Shown here: positions 1 to 14,300 of the stretch, one piece after another
How the letters are laid out: each line of letters starts with the position of its first letter
Numbering within the stretch: the stretch's first letter is position 1
From: Octopus sinensis
Taxonomy: Eukaryota
Assembly (NCBI RefSeq): GCF_006345805.1
Contig: NC_043006.1
Coordinates: forward strand, 30,132,001 to 30,196,000
Length of the DNA: 64,000 nt
Direction of reading: 5' to 3'
The notes under the pieces: generated by a model
Told to the model about the DNA's origin: nothing
Database searches by the model: none
The model's input: only the letters and a program-made list of their open reading frames with translations
Made by a program: the position numbers and the translations under genes

Positions 1-400
1 TTTCTTTGCAGAATCATTAAATGCAAGTGCACCATCAACTATGTGGACACATTTCTCTCTTATGACATTACGATTTTCTCGTACGCACTAACTTACCACC
101 TGAAACATTTCAAGTCTCTGGTCCTCACCTCACAGAACATAGGCAAACTTCTTTTCTGTTTTTCCTCTGGCTTGATACACCTGCCTCTTAGCTTCCTTTC
201 TGGCTATCTGATACAGTTTGCTGCTAACCCCACATTTCGAATCCTGTTTCTTTGCTCTAAGGGCCTTGTCTACAGTATCATTCCACCACCATGTCACACC
301 AGGTCTGGCTGGGGCTTTGCACTAGACACAGATTTGATCTGTGGCATTAAGCAAGCTGTCCTGCAGGAATTCCAAGTTGCCCACTAATGTTATTAAGTAA
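1..400 (-). mobile_element. RTE-clade LINE fragment (endonuclease-RT linker)
   Basis: Minus translation TWWWNDTVDKALRAKK...YQIARKEAKRQVYQAR, with stops and frameshifts. Confidence 0.6.
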
Positions 401-1889
401 TCCAGTCTCTGTTTGGTACATGCAGTAATGTGGATGAGACTGGTGGTGGGAGGAGCTATGAAAGTCTTCTGGTAGAGGAGAGGCTTTTCATACTGGTGGT
501 GGTGCGGCAGTGGAGTCATGTAGAGATTTCCAATATAGGTGGTGGGTACATCATGGATAAGTAAAAAGGCCAACTTCACTGAAGGAAATAACAGCCAAAA
601 CAGAAAGACATGCGAAGGGTAAAGAGAGAGAAACTTGAAAAGCTTAACTGCCAGAGAAATCATAGCGAAATATGGAAAGACATGGGTTATGAAACAGGGA
701 GAGAATATTGTAAAAATGAAAGCAAGCAGGTGTTGAGAATTATGAATTTTGAAAATTAGGTTAAATCAGATTACAGTCAGGTTAGTATTATGAAATGACA
801 AGAGTTGTCTGTTAAAAACACGAAAATAGTTTTTCTTTGTATTTTAGTTGGTAATGAATAAATGGCTGTTAACATTGGACTTGAATTTTGTTTAAGGATC
901 AGGCAGAGTTATTTCTTTTAGCATGGCTAAACTATCAATTCAGAATCTTTGCATTGTTCTGGATAGAGTATAGTAAATACATCTGAAATATGGTATTATT
1001 TAAGTGTAATTTCAAAACGAAATCAGGCCTTAAACAGGATAAATTAGCCGCTTCCCCCGGGAACCTAAATGTAAACTGTGATACTTGTATCAACTTGGCA
1101 TGGGGAATCATTCCTGGATCATAACCCAGCAAGTTCACTATGTTTATCAGCAGAGTTGATATTGGTTGCAGTGTATGTACCAGTATTTATATATCTTATC
1201 ATAGTAAGCCAAGTATGACAATAGAACAATGCAGCAGTGAATAGAAAGGTGTACAATACCTGCTGTTGTAATATTTTTTAACTTGGAGTAACATGAAATA
1301 GGGTCATTCAATATATAATATGTGTGTGTGTATGCACATACTTATATATATATAGAGATAGACAGAATGTAGGTGTGTATGTGTAATACATATATGATGC
1401 AAAATTATACAGAAGACAGAGGCAGGTGAGGGAACAACAAACAAGGTGGGTGAGTTTTGATACTCATATATATAGTTTTATGCTAAAAAGCAGTGCGTAG
1501 TACCTGAAGGTTGAACTTGAGTCAAGTCTGACAAACTACTCCAAATTGTTGTTAGAGTATCTGCAGGAGTGGAGTCAAGCCCAGCTGGTTTGTATTGACA
1601 TTGAGTCATATTAGTTGTAGTAATGAAGTCAAACTAAACAAACTGATATTTTGAAACCATTTAATATTAGTGTAGCAGTGATTTGAAACCCTCACCAATA
1701 GATAATCATTCAGACACCACCATAGTTTCATGTGATTGGATTGATAATTGACCCTTGAGTGTGAGGCTGTGGCATGACATGATTTTCTTAAAAGTTCTAG
1801 AATTTGATTTCAAGTCTCCTATAAAAACCATTTGGTGCACAGTTTGGACTGAAGATTACCAAGGACATCTGTTGCCATGGAGATTTGAA

Positions 1890-2097
1890 CAGTACATCTT
1901 TCTTTTAAAGCTTGGTACTTATTTTATTAATGACTTTTGGTGAACTGCTAAGTTATAATAAAGATATAAACAAGCCAACAGCTTGTTAAGAGGTGGCAGG
2001 AACACAAACACACACAATGGGCTTCTTTCAGTTTCACTCACAAGGATTTGATTGGCTTGAGGCTATAGTAGAAGATACTTGCCCAAGGTGCCATGCT
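1890..2097 (-). mobile_element. tRNA-derived SINE family A, decayed, in the 3' UTR region
   Basis: gggcttctttcagtttc...gctatagtagaagatacttgcccaaggtgcca matches the 23388-23792 copy. Confidence 0.75.
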
Positions 2098-2196
2098 TCA
2101 TATAAGCTGATGTGTCATAGCATCAACATTTCCCCCAGAATGCTAAATTATTGCTTAAAAGAATCTTCTAGCAGTTTCTTTTGTTGTTTTAGAAAT

Positions 2197-2304
2197 TTAG
2201 GCGTTAGTAGATATTTGCTCCGATCTGGGAAGACGTTCTTTCAAGTCATCACGATGAGTGTCGAGGTATTCTCGGAAGAAGGCCACTGTACTGTTCCAGC
2301 CTTG
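2197..2304 (-). CDS. Patatin gene last coding exon (QGWNSTVAFFREYL...STNA*)
   Basis: cttgcag| acceptor, TAA at 2199-2197. Confidence 0.88.
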   Translation of the reverse strand, partial: QGWNSTVAFFREYLDTHRDDLKERLPRSEQISTNA

Positions 2305-5300
2305 CTGCAAGACACAGGATAAACCAATATTAGATCCTTTAAAGAATTAAAGACATAAAAGAATTGATACAAATGAACATAGATGCAGACATGCCAGAAT
2401 TCATAAAATGGAAAATATATACCTCATTAAATACACTGCTTATACATCTGTGAGGATTTGGATGTAGGACAAATAGGCTGATCAGCTTTTAAAAAAATAA
2501 CTTGCAGTTGACAGATCAGTGGTTCTTAAGCTAGACCGGAACACCCCACTTTAAGACATTGAGAATTTGCAAAGGGTGGAAAATGCTTAGGAGATGCTCT
2601 AAGTGGGGATGAATGTTTAGAAGGATAAGTAATATAATATTCAAATCAGGTACAATGCTTATATTTTAAGCACATTCTCAGGTTTAGAATATGTGTTGGA
2701 CATTATATTATCAATGAGCAGAAACATGAACTGACAATGTACTTTGGTCAAAGATAACTCCATTGAATAAGTCCTGGCTTTCTTTAGTAATTTCTATAAA
2801 AGGCGGAACACTGGTCTGCACAAATATCTAAAAAAAAAAAAAAGGGGTCACATGCTGGATAACACAGCAGCCACACACACAGACATAAGTTTCTGGTTGA
2901 TAAACCCTTTTGTAACTGTATTTATTGAGATGCTCTGTGTTTCTTCCAATTACTTTAAATATAACAAAGAATTTAGCAAAATAACTTAGTTATCATTCAG
3001 CTAGTGTTAGGAACATAAATTGTGACTAAGTTTTGGTGGAAGATTTTAATTCAAAATTTATGAAAACGACATTTGTACTCAGAGCCAGTTTCAGCTGGGT
3101 TGGTAATGAAAGGGTTAAAATAAGCCTTTTTTTTCTTCTCTTATTGCAAAACATGAAGAGAGAGCTTTTTTAAAACCTCAAGTGATGAAGTGGTGTGGAG
3201 GGATTTAGCTAGAAACAGTGGTAGACCTAGTGTTTTCCATTTGTTCCTTTTATTACTACTGTGATAGATTTGGCTTGTTTAAGTTTGGAAACTGCATTCC
3301 AGTCTTTTCCAAATTCTCTTGATACACTTTCTTATACAATTTAGTCAAAGAGACAACAGAGAATACAGAAGTTCTGTTACCTTAATCAGGAAGTTTTTGT
3401 CATCTTGTTCCAAAGAGAAATCTGTGGTGTCTATATAACCTGTGTTTATACCAACTGTACGATATCTATCGTCTTCCTAGAAAAGTACCAGAAAATATAA
3501 CAATGAGCTGTAGTAGTAGTAGTACAGATATTAATGATTACACAAATTTTTGACATCCTCAAAGCTGCTTCTAGGAAAACAGCCACTTATGTTTTCATTG
3601 CTGGTGATTTCAATTACCCTGAGATTGATTGAGGAAGCTTTTGTTGGCCACGAAGTGCAAATGATTTCCTTGAATTTAGTGCTGGATTCAAGCAGGACCC
3701 AAGTAGTCACCTCCCCCACAAGATGTAACAACACTTTGGACCTGCTCTTTACCTCTATTCCTGAAATGGTTAACAGTGTCACTACTGGGGAACGTTTGCA
3801 CTACTCTGATCATGCTATGATCATTGCCTTTCTGTCTCTTATGGGCAGGAACAAGAACCACTACTACCTCCAAACTGCTCACTTTGACTGGGAAAATGCA
3901 GATTGGAATTCTTACTGAACTCAGTTACAATGCCCAAACTGGCTTGAATTTTGCAATTCTGCCCTTCAGAACATCCTAAACTCAATCTGGGCTACATTTG
4001 AAACATCAGTACCATGCAAATGCTTTAAAACTCCCAAAAGTACAATTTGGGAGACTACAGCAGTTCGACTTGTCAGGAAAGATTCTTGTGATGATGAACA
4101 GGAATATAGACTACAGAGAAGAATAGAAGGCACATCTTCCAACCATCTCAAGCAAATGACAATAAAAGGCAGTGCTTGAATTTTAACAATTTATAGCAAT
4201 CATCCATGATAGCAAAGTGTTCTGGAAATGTGTACGTTTGAAGTAGAGACCTCACTCTCCAGTTGGCCTTCTTTGCAATCTCCACACAGGTCAGATTACT
4301 GATCACAAAGAATGTGCAGAACTTATTGCTGAATGCTCCATGTGAATCCATATTTAAAATGGATTGTACAGTCTTTAATAACAATGTTGTTGTTAATGGC
4401 AGAGTCTTTAAAAACATCTCTCCATGAAATATTAATTGAAGACAAAACAGTTAAAATTCAGTGTCTAGCTGTATATTTTTCATTTTTCCAGTAACTTTCC
4501 ATTCCTACTAGAAATCTAAAAAACAAACAACTTAGAAGAGCTCAGAGAAATGAGCAAATATTGGTTTTATGGAATCAGTTAACAGACATTATTATCAGGA
4601 ATATGATGCAAGCAATAGAAAAGATAGTCTGAAACTAGTAATTCTAACCAGCAAAACACAAAAGAAAATCTTGCATTCATCATGTTCCTGATATTTATCT
4701 TGTGGAAAATGGTGAGCTAGCAGAGTTGTTAGCATTCCAGGCAATATGCTTAGTGGAATTTCGTCTGTTGTTATCTTCTGAGTTCAAATTCCACTGGGGT
4801 TGACTTTGCCTTCCATCCTTTCAGGGTTGATAAAATGAGTACCAGTTGGGCATTGGAGTTGATAGAATCAGTCACTTATAAAAATGGGACGTAGGATAAC
4901 GAAGGTAATAGTGATAACAAGAGACAAAACAATGACTCTTTCTTCAACATCCATTACAACACTATCTTAATTATAGATTATCACCACTTAACTCGTCAAT
5001 GACAAGATGAAAACTAGCTCTGATGGGAGTGGGGTGAAGGCAGTGGCTGTGTAGGGTTATGATGAATATAGTGATTATAAATTCTGAATGATATAAAACA
5101 TCAATACCACTATGGTGGTGCTGAAGGTAGTCATATAAAGGATTATAGGAACAATAGTAATAAAATAATTTAACATATATAAACTAATATCAATACCACT
5201 ATGAACGCTCGTTTAGTATTCGTCAACATGGTCTCCATTAATGCTGAAAGGTATGATTGTAAACTATTGACTTGTCTGCTACAGTATCCAAGAAAGCGAG

Positions 5301-8300
5301 ACTGGACATTAATTCCTTTTGTTTCAAGAATGTGAATCAATTCTTCATATTCAATCTACAATAAGAAAAGGATTTCTCAGATTCTCACAGATTTTAAAAT
5401 TTGTTAGCAATTAAGATCTTTAATTTATGCAAGAGAAATATATTCCTACACACACAAACACAAATAATTAGAGAAGAAATTTCAAGTGTGAAAGCAAAAC
5501 CTGGAATCAAAGGGCTTTAAAGTTAACCTAGTAAAATATGGCATAAGCATTTTTGGTGGAATTGTTCTAGGAGTCAAGTGATGTTTGTGATATGGCCAAG
5601 TTTCAAAGGAGTATAGTAGAGAGAATAAAAAAGGATTTATAAACAGGTATTTTTGTTTCGTTATTGATACGTCTTTGAGACGAGATCCGAGACTAAACTA
5701 CCAAAAGACTTTGCCATGTTTTGAATCATTGAAGATATTTCTGAATTCAGTGTTCTATCTTTATTCTCTGTGCTCTCAAGGGATATGAAATATTCAGCAA
5801 TGTTAAGAAGATAACCTTTCACATATATGTTTTAGGTTGCTGCACAACTTGACCAGGCAGAGGTTGACACATAAAGTTTTCTTTAAATTTCTAGACAAAC
5901 CATAGATGCCACCTGCTGAATCAAATGCAGAAATCCATGCTCTATATATGACTGGCAATGTGTCAGTCATTAGCATACATTAGCAGTCTCTTATAAGTGA
6001 GAGGGATGCTTTGCTCTTAAATTTCGTCCTTACTAAATTAAAGACACTTACATATATCCCTATATGTATGGGGACACATATATCCCCTTGTTTTGGTCTT
6101 ATAGAGTGTGATAGAACTTTGAATCAAAATACATCACAAAGACAGTAGGTGCATCAAGGTCTCCCTGTTTCACACTACTCTCCACTGCAAAAGGCTCAGA
6201 GAATATGACCCCAAAATTTACTCTGGCTTTCATGTCTTTATGAAGAGCTTTCACTATACTTACAAACTTTTGAAGGAATCCAAATTTTGATTAAGCCAAC
6301 CAGTATAAAATGCTTAAGATCAATAAAATAATGGCAGAGAGTGAAGTTCTGTTCGATACACTTTTCCTACAATTGTGTCTGATTGTGAACATTATCTCAT
6401 TAGTGGCTATTTCTGCACAAAAAAAACACACTGTGACTCAGATACGATTCTTGGCACAATGAACTAAGCACATGCAGCTAAATAACCTGCGTGTGTGTGT
6501 GTTTGTATGCATGTGCGTGCGATAAAACCAACTCCAAAGAGATTGGTGTTGGTCTGCATCAACAAGACTTGTATTATTTATTAAAATAAGCAAAAAGAGT
6601 TGAGGAAGCCTTGCTGAGGAGAGTGGAAAATCCAATGTTTCAGACAGAGTCTTCTGGGAAAATTTGAAAGAAGAGAAATCAATGAGAAATAACAAGAGTT
6701 TTACATTCTCTAAGTTAAGAAAAAAAAAATAGTTGCAGCTGATAAGGAATGCAGGATCACTTGAGCCTTGTACATGAAGGGCAAGTGGTAGGAGAGAGAA
6801 ACAGTGTGAGAGAGGTAGAAAGAGGAATGGAATGAGGAGGGGAAACGAGTTGAGGGATAAAAAAGGGTTCAATGAAGTAAGGGAGGGTATAGGGGTAGAA
6901 GGAAAAATGAAAGCCAGAGCTTCTTTTGACCACTATATAAAAAGTATTAAGAAAAAATGTTATTTAGATATACTTATATTTTAGTTGTTTACACTATTTT
7001 ACACTTGTTTATACTCTTATACATTCAAAGTTCACAAATTTCTTTATTTAAATTATGAATCATATTCCTTTTGATAATATCAACATGATTACAAAACTTC
7101 TTTATAGACGATATTTTCTGTTTGGTTGACACTAATTATCAAATTACTGGAGTCCACTGCTCTACTCATAGCCATGTATAACTGGCTGTGTTTAAACTTC
7201 GGAGTAAGTAAAAATACACTGACATGATCTAATGTCTAGCCATGCACCTTGTTTGCTGTGAATATATGAGCGGAATGTTTAGGGTTGCAAAAAATCAAAC
7301 TGAGACTTACCTCTCACTGTTCTATGTAAATAATGCCTGGATGTTCTGGAACCATGGGTTATTTTGATTGACAAAACTGAGATGTAAACAACAGCTGCTA
7401 CGATTAGCTGTTTCAAATCCTGCTCAAGGCTGACACACTTCAATAACCACCAAATAATCACACACACTATATACTGATACACACTTTTTCCATTTTATTT
7501 TAGCTATTAACCGTCCTTGGGACTCACTTCATATCTACGATGGGGTCACGAACTATGCGATGAAAATCCAGAGTTATTCATGTTCGGTGAATTTTTAATA
7601 AAAATTCGAAGGTGCTTTATCAATTGAAAAATCGATATCCACGAAATAATCATAATTTCTGATTTTTTAATGCTAAAAACATTCCTGATGACCGTCTTTG
7701 TAATCCTGAAAAATATTGTAACCTCTGGCCATGAAGAGGGAACAGACAAAGAGACAGGCATAATGCCCATCTACTATGGGAAATAAAAGGATAGTATCAC
7801 AAATCTAAATCCTCCAAATTCATGAGCTATATGGGGTGGGGGTGGAGGAATCCAGAATTAATCCTCGTTGATGGAATTTTAACAAAAAAAATGAAAGGTG
7901 ATTTATTAATACAAAACTCAATATCCACTAAATAATCACACTTTTTTCACATTTTTTTTTGCTACAAACCTTCCTGATTACCTCCTTTGTAATCTCGATA
8001 AACATCATGACCATTGGTCCAGCCGTTTGACCGTGAAGAAGGAAGAGACATACAGGTAGATGAACATAATGCCCATTATAGTAAGATAAATAGAGAACTA
8101 ACTAAACCACAGACAAAATTTAAATTATTTTTATCAGGCTCATGATTATCAATGAAACATGGTGCCATTCAGATTCTTTAAAGTTCTTTATTCCAAGGGG
8201 CCTGTCCACATCTCTATGAACTTACACACACACACACGTACACGTACACTTGAGTTTACATATGTTCCAATGATAATCTCATATTTACTGTTGTTGTAAT

Positions 8301-11300
8301 GAATTTAGTTTTACCTTATCATCAGAATTTTTGTCCAAAGTCATAAAGATATTCTTAACATCCCGTTCATTAACAATTACTTTGTCAAACAGGAGGAGAT
8401 GGTCTTCTTCATTTAGTTCGGGATCCTGTAGGAAGAAGAACTATTAATACAATTATCAATAATAGCAAATTAAAAATAATAATGATGATGACTTCTTACA
8501 ACAACAGAAGGCAACCCATTCAGTGTACTCTAATTTCATGGGGATTGTTACTGACCCAAAACGTGAAAAGAACATCGAAGGATAAAGCTAAGAACTTTAA
8601 GGTATCTGGTCTGGAATCCTAGCAAATCTGGAGAAGATAAAATTAAGAATTGACAATACAGGAAATAGATTCCATCAAGTGTCAGCGGGGTGAAAACTAG
8701 AAGTAGTCAATAGCTTCTGTTACCTAGGTGACCAAGTCAGTAGCAGGGGTGGATGCTCTGAGAGAGTGACTGCTAGAATAAGATTAGGCTGGGCAAAGTT
8801 CAGAGAGCTCCTACCTCTACTGGTAAGAAAAGACCTCTCCATCAAAATGAAAGGCAGGCTGTGTGAAAACAGCCATGCTACAAGGCAGTGAAACATAGGC
8901 TGTGACTGCTGAGGGCATGTGTAGGCTTGTAAGAAATGAAGCTAGCATGCTCTGCTGGATGTGCAATGTCTGTGCATATACAACAGAATGTAATCACCCT
9001 GAGAGAAAAGTTGGACATAAGAAGCATTAGAGGTAGTGTGCAAGAGAGAAGACCGCACTAGTATGGCCATCTAATGCATATTAATGAGGACACTCACATC
9101 AAGAAGTGCCAAGCTCTAATTGTGGAGGGAACCTGTGGAAGAGGTAGACCCAGGAAGACATGGGACAAGGTAGTGAAGCATGATATTTGAATGTTGGGCC
9201 TCACAGAGGCAATGACAAGCAACCAAGATCTTTGGTGATATCATAGTCATGGCTGATGCCAGTGTCACATAAGTGGCCTGTTAAAAGCAAACTTCAAATG
9301 TTAGGCAATATGCTGTGTTTGTGAAGGCCTGTTAAACCGAGTGAAATCATAGTTGTGGCCAGTTTGACTGGTATCCATGCCAGTGGCACATAAAAAGCAC
9401 TGAGCGTTGGGCCTCATGGAGGCAGTGATAAGTGACCAAGACCTTTGGGAATATACCATGCTGTGTAGACCTGTCAAGCTAAGTGAGACTGTAGTCATGG
9501 CTGACACTGGTGTCAGGTAAATGGCACCCATGTGCCGGTGGCGTGTAAAAAAAACACCCACTAGACTCTCTAAGTGGTTGGCATTAAGAAGGGCATCCAG
9601 CTATTGAAACCTTGCCAAATCAAATTGGAACTTGGTGCAGCTCCCTGGCTTACCAGTTTTCAGTCAAACTGTCCAACCCATGTCAGCATGGACAACAGAT
9701 GTTAAATGATAATGATGATGACTTCTTGAAAAGCTAATTTTAGAAGCAAGTTGAATAATTTAAAACTCTTAAATAATTTCATAATTTCTTTTCATCATTA
9801 TAAAAATAATAAGTATGCATTCTTTATTAATGAAAAGGGTTTGCAAAAAGATCCAGGAGGGGACAGGGTGACATCATGTGGGATTATATTAAAAAAATTA
9901 AAATACTTCCCCACTTTTATCCACCTTTCAAAAAATTTGCTGGTGGGGTAGCACTTCCCTCTCCACCCTCATTTTTCTTTCCAAGTGAAACTTGAAAAAG
10001 TTGAAGGTTTTGCCAAAGAGAAAGGTATGTTTTCAGCCCTTTCAGGCTTGTCCATCACACAACCTCTTTCCTCAATGCCATCAGACAAATGAAAACTGTC
10101 TGCTCCAGCCAAAAGAAGGTGGCAAGACAAGCTTCACAATGGCATCAGTGTATAACCATCCTACATGTGATGGTAGCTGTTCAACGTAACCCCACAAGTC
10201 AGCAATGCTGGTTCATTAAATTGGCAAGAGTTTATCTTGATCTGGTGGTGCCACTAGGGGGCACTGCCAAGTGAAAGAACTCTGGAAATTACCCATAGTT
10301 GTCCTAACCCAAAAGTCTTCCAGAACATACTAACCAGTATGTTTATGTAACATGGTATAATTATAAACGGCAAATTTTAGCCATTTCTCCACAGACTGGA
10401 AAAAATGAAGAATAACCTTAATCGATATTCAAATCTTATTGGGGTCTCATCAGAGGCATCTACATCATTCTGACAGTCTCCAGAGAAATGAGCAACCAAA
10501 CTGTTTATATACTCAACAAATGCAGCAGTTACTCTGTGAAGGAGTCCCTAATTTGCATACCAAAAGTGTTTAACTCTATAAATACCAGCAGCCTGTCGAT
10601 ATTCAGAGTACCTCTGAAAATGATGTCACTCTTTCCTTCCACTAATCCTCTATAGAATGAAACATCCAACTGTCCCATTGCATGACTAATAAAGAGTAGT
10701 GAGTGCCAGATAATATTCTAGATGTCAGGTGCCCTGTCTTGATCTTTGTCTTAGACAGCATTTCTGTCAAGGAGATGAGCTGTGAAAAGATATAGCTCAT
10801 ACATGGTGCCCTCCACCATTTCACCATCTTGGGATCTCTGCAAGTAGCACAGCCTAAGTGTATGTTTGCACATCAGCAGGCCTGCCTAGTCTACCATTCA
10901 ACAGATGAAATACCTGACAAGTGGAATGTATCCATTCTACAAGAAGCAGAATAATAGATGTCCCAATCTGATGAGCCAGTAACTGGAATAAGGCACAATG
11001 GAAATAAGGTAGACATTTGCAATCCCCTACCTACCCTTTCAGGGACAGTTTATTCTCAACCCAAATTTTGGTAAGACTGTCTACTCTAGTTGTAACCTAA
11101 CACAAGTTCCAGTTCACTTGGAGGTCAGAACGAATACAGATCCAAGTAGTTTAATGGGTTCATAAATCTAGCATCTAAGGATGTCATTCAATGAGCATAA
11201 ACCTGCCTCTGGATACCAGGCAGAAAGTGTCCACTCACTTAGCCCCCACCACCTTCTTGTATTTGTTTAGAATAGCGCTGACCACCACACTTCAGTGACA

Positions 11301-14300
11301 TCCAATGCCGTAATAGTAATGTTGTCAACAAATACTGACACAGCCCCTCCCCAATTCTTGTTTGAAAAGGATTTGCCTCAACTATTCCAACTTCTGCAAC
11401 AATGGCTTCAGAACCAGCACATACACAACAGGTGAAAGAAGAAACCTTGTCACATCAAGCACACAAATGAATGGCTTCTGAGAGGTGGTCATTTACTTTC
11501 ACAGTGTAGCAGGTGTCACCATGCATTGCTATGATCCATGTCTCTGTAATGGGTCTGAATCCAGCTGCTTTCAGGACAGTGACCAAATAGTGATGGTCAA
11601 CTATAATGAGATTATTCACTGGATCAAAAACTGATCAGAGCTCCACCAAAGCCAGTATTATTCTCAACCAATTCTATGAAGTTTTGCGGAAAGTAGAGTT
11701 TGTCATGGACTTGTTCAAATTGTGCACGTTTGCACTTCTACAACCAGACCACTGACAATAAACACCAACCTTTTCATTAATACCTTGACTAAAACCTTAA
11801 ACTTTATATTCAGCAGAGTTATGGGCCAAATATTTTCTACAAATTCCCTTTTTTAGTGTTCTTTCTCACAGCATTACAACACCCTGGTTCACAGCGCTAG
11901 AGATCCTCCCACTCTGTTGCCAGCTGCTAAACATGTCTGACATGAATTTCATTATAACTAAAAGAGTAGATTTTCCAAAAACTGAGTGATTTGTGCCTTG
12001 TGTAACTGTTCATTGTTTCTTTCAGCTGCTGTTATTAGCTTTTCACAGTACTTCTTGTCGCCTGTTGAAGCCTTTGAAGCAGGCACTGAAGTTCACTGCT
12101 ATATCTGGCCATCACTTGCTTGAACAGTTGAGCAAAGTAGTGTTGGAAAGCCATACACATCTATGCAGAACCAAGTATCAAGTACTTGTCCTGATCAGTC
12201 AAAGACTAGATTGTAGTGTTGTTATTGTATTGTCCTTCCTCCATTCAGGCCCATCAGACAGCTTTTCTTGCCTTGTGTTTTAATTCACAGGTCTTAAACT
12301 CTGGCAATGCAGCCTTTGTGTTTTACATTGAAGAACAGGTAAAGGGCCATTCTCACCACTAGCACATCACATATGCTGCCTTCATTAATTACCTCTTCTA
12401 GATGGTTAATTAGATCTCCCTCTAATTTATTTTTCTACAAAGTGAGCTCTTTACTAAATGCTATGAATTCTCTATAGGGCACCCTGCAACTGGTTGTTGA
12501 CACTTGTTCCCATCAACCTCTACTGAACTAATTCACTAATTTGTTCTTTATATTTGTAGAGAACCTTATTTGAATCAGTGACATTAGGTTTCAATGAGAG
12601 TCATCAATAGTTATCTCCCCTGTTGTATTGCTAGCAACGAAATGGTGCTTGTTACCTAGATATAAAATAATAATAATAATAATAATAATAATGAAATTAT
12701 TGTATACAGTGCTCAGGTGCACCACAACTTGTCAAAAGTGCATATAAAGCATATGCAGTAATGTACAAATGTCTGGGAAGTGAAAAGTTGAATTTTCTTC
12801 AATCCACTTCACCAGTCATAGAATACAGCAAGATGAAAACATTGCCTTATTCAAATTCCATTCTGTTCTGTTGAATGTTAAATTCTTCATGTACATGATG
12901 TCTTCACAATCTCACATGAGTTGTTGTTGTTGTTCCTCACTGGACTGATTCTAACAGCTATCGAAGAATGACCAAACATTATATGAAATTAGTGAGCTAA
13001 AAACTCACTAAATATTCATTGCATGTCAGTAACATTTAGCTCACCTCCCAATAACCAGGTCTCTGTCTATGGGTACTTTCAAAGTGACTGAGTAGATCAC
13101 AAATTTGAGGTCTGAATTGTGAACCAGAAAGAGAATCAAATAATAAAACTAAACTCACCCAGACCCAGTTAACCTTATCAAATACTTGCCTATGTAAACA
13201 TTTTCCAAATATCCATTCTTTCATGGATAAATTCTTTCATGCAAAAATTCTCTAAGTCATAGCTGAGCACAGCTACTGCAGAATATGATGATGATGATAA
13301 ACTTAACTGAGATGAAATAACTGAAGGCCATTGTAAAGAAATTACAAAAACAATTGAGGGAAAGCTGCATTAAGTAAAGTGTCAGCTTATTATTGAAATT
13401 TTGATTGCTTGTTTTTTATTGCTTTTGGCTGAATATTGCAAATGTTTGTGCCAGTTGTAAATACATTAATGTGGCACAAGTCAAATCACAACCAAACAGG
13501 TTCAATTCTTCCCTCAAGAAATGACAAACGGTACAAATGAAAACTGTCTCATTTAACCCAGAATTAAAAATGTGATGGTAAACTTTGAAAATAATGTATA
13601 AAATGTATGGAAAATTTCACATCATCATCATAAACTAATAAGCCAAAATATTACCAAACGTCTCAAATCTAAAAATAAAAGCATAAGGCATAAATTGATA
13701 AGGAGCATACATTTCTATGCTATATGCATATTTTACAGTTACACTAACCACAAAATGAAACTACCAAAATATGTGATTAATCCTAATTTGAAACTTTGGA
13801 CATATTTGAAACTCCTTGCTGATGAGCTCCAGCTGTCTCTTACATCTTTTGGATTGGTAGCTTTGTATCAGATTACATTATTACTGTATGTTGAGCTTTT
13901 CCTGCCCTCATTCTACTAGCTCCAACATCTCCCAAGCTTAAGATTTGTTCTCCACTCTCTTCCTTCATCAACATCCTTGCTGCTCCTATACAATATCCAC
14001 TCTCACACAAAGGACACTTTATCCCTCCTTAACATTTTCCAATTATGCATTATCCACTTGCAACCTAGACACCACATATCACACACACACACACACACTG
14101 ACTTCCTGAGCAGAGGCTTCACAAGCATCTTCCAGCAAAGATAGACTAAACTTGTCTATCCTACTTATATCAAGAAAACATCATACTATGCCTCCTTAAT
14201 CACAAATGACTCTCAGCTAGAGGCCTATCAGTGTCAATGAGAATCTGTCCTGGTGGAGCGTATCCATAAGTACAACCCAATTATTGGCTCCTTTCTTCAG

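Noticed and set aside
3454-3480. IYRLP on the plus strand resembling the APE YRPP motif, suggesting exon 11 derives from a LINE
   Set aside because: The exon matches the patatin C-terminal pattern on the minus strand; most likely coincidence next to the LINE remnant.
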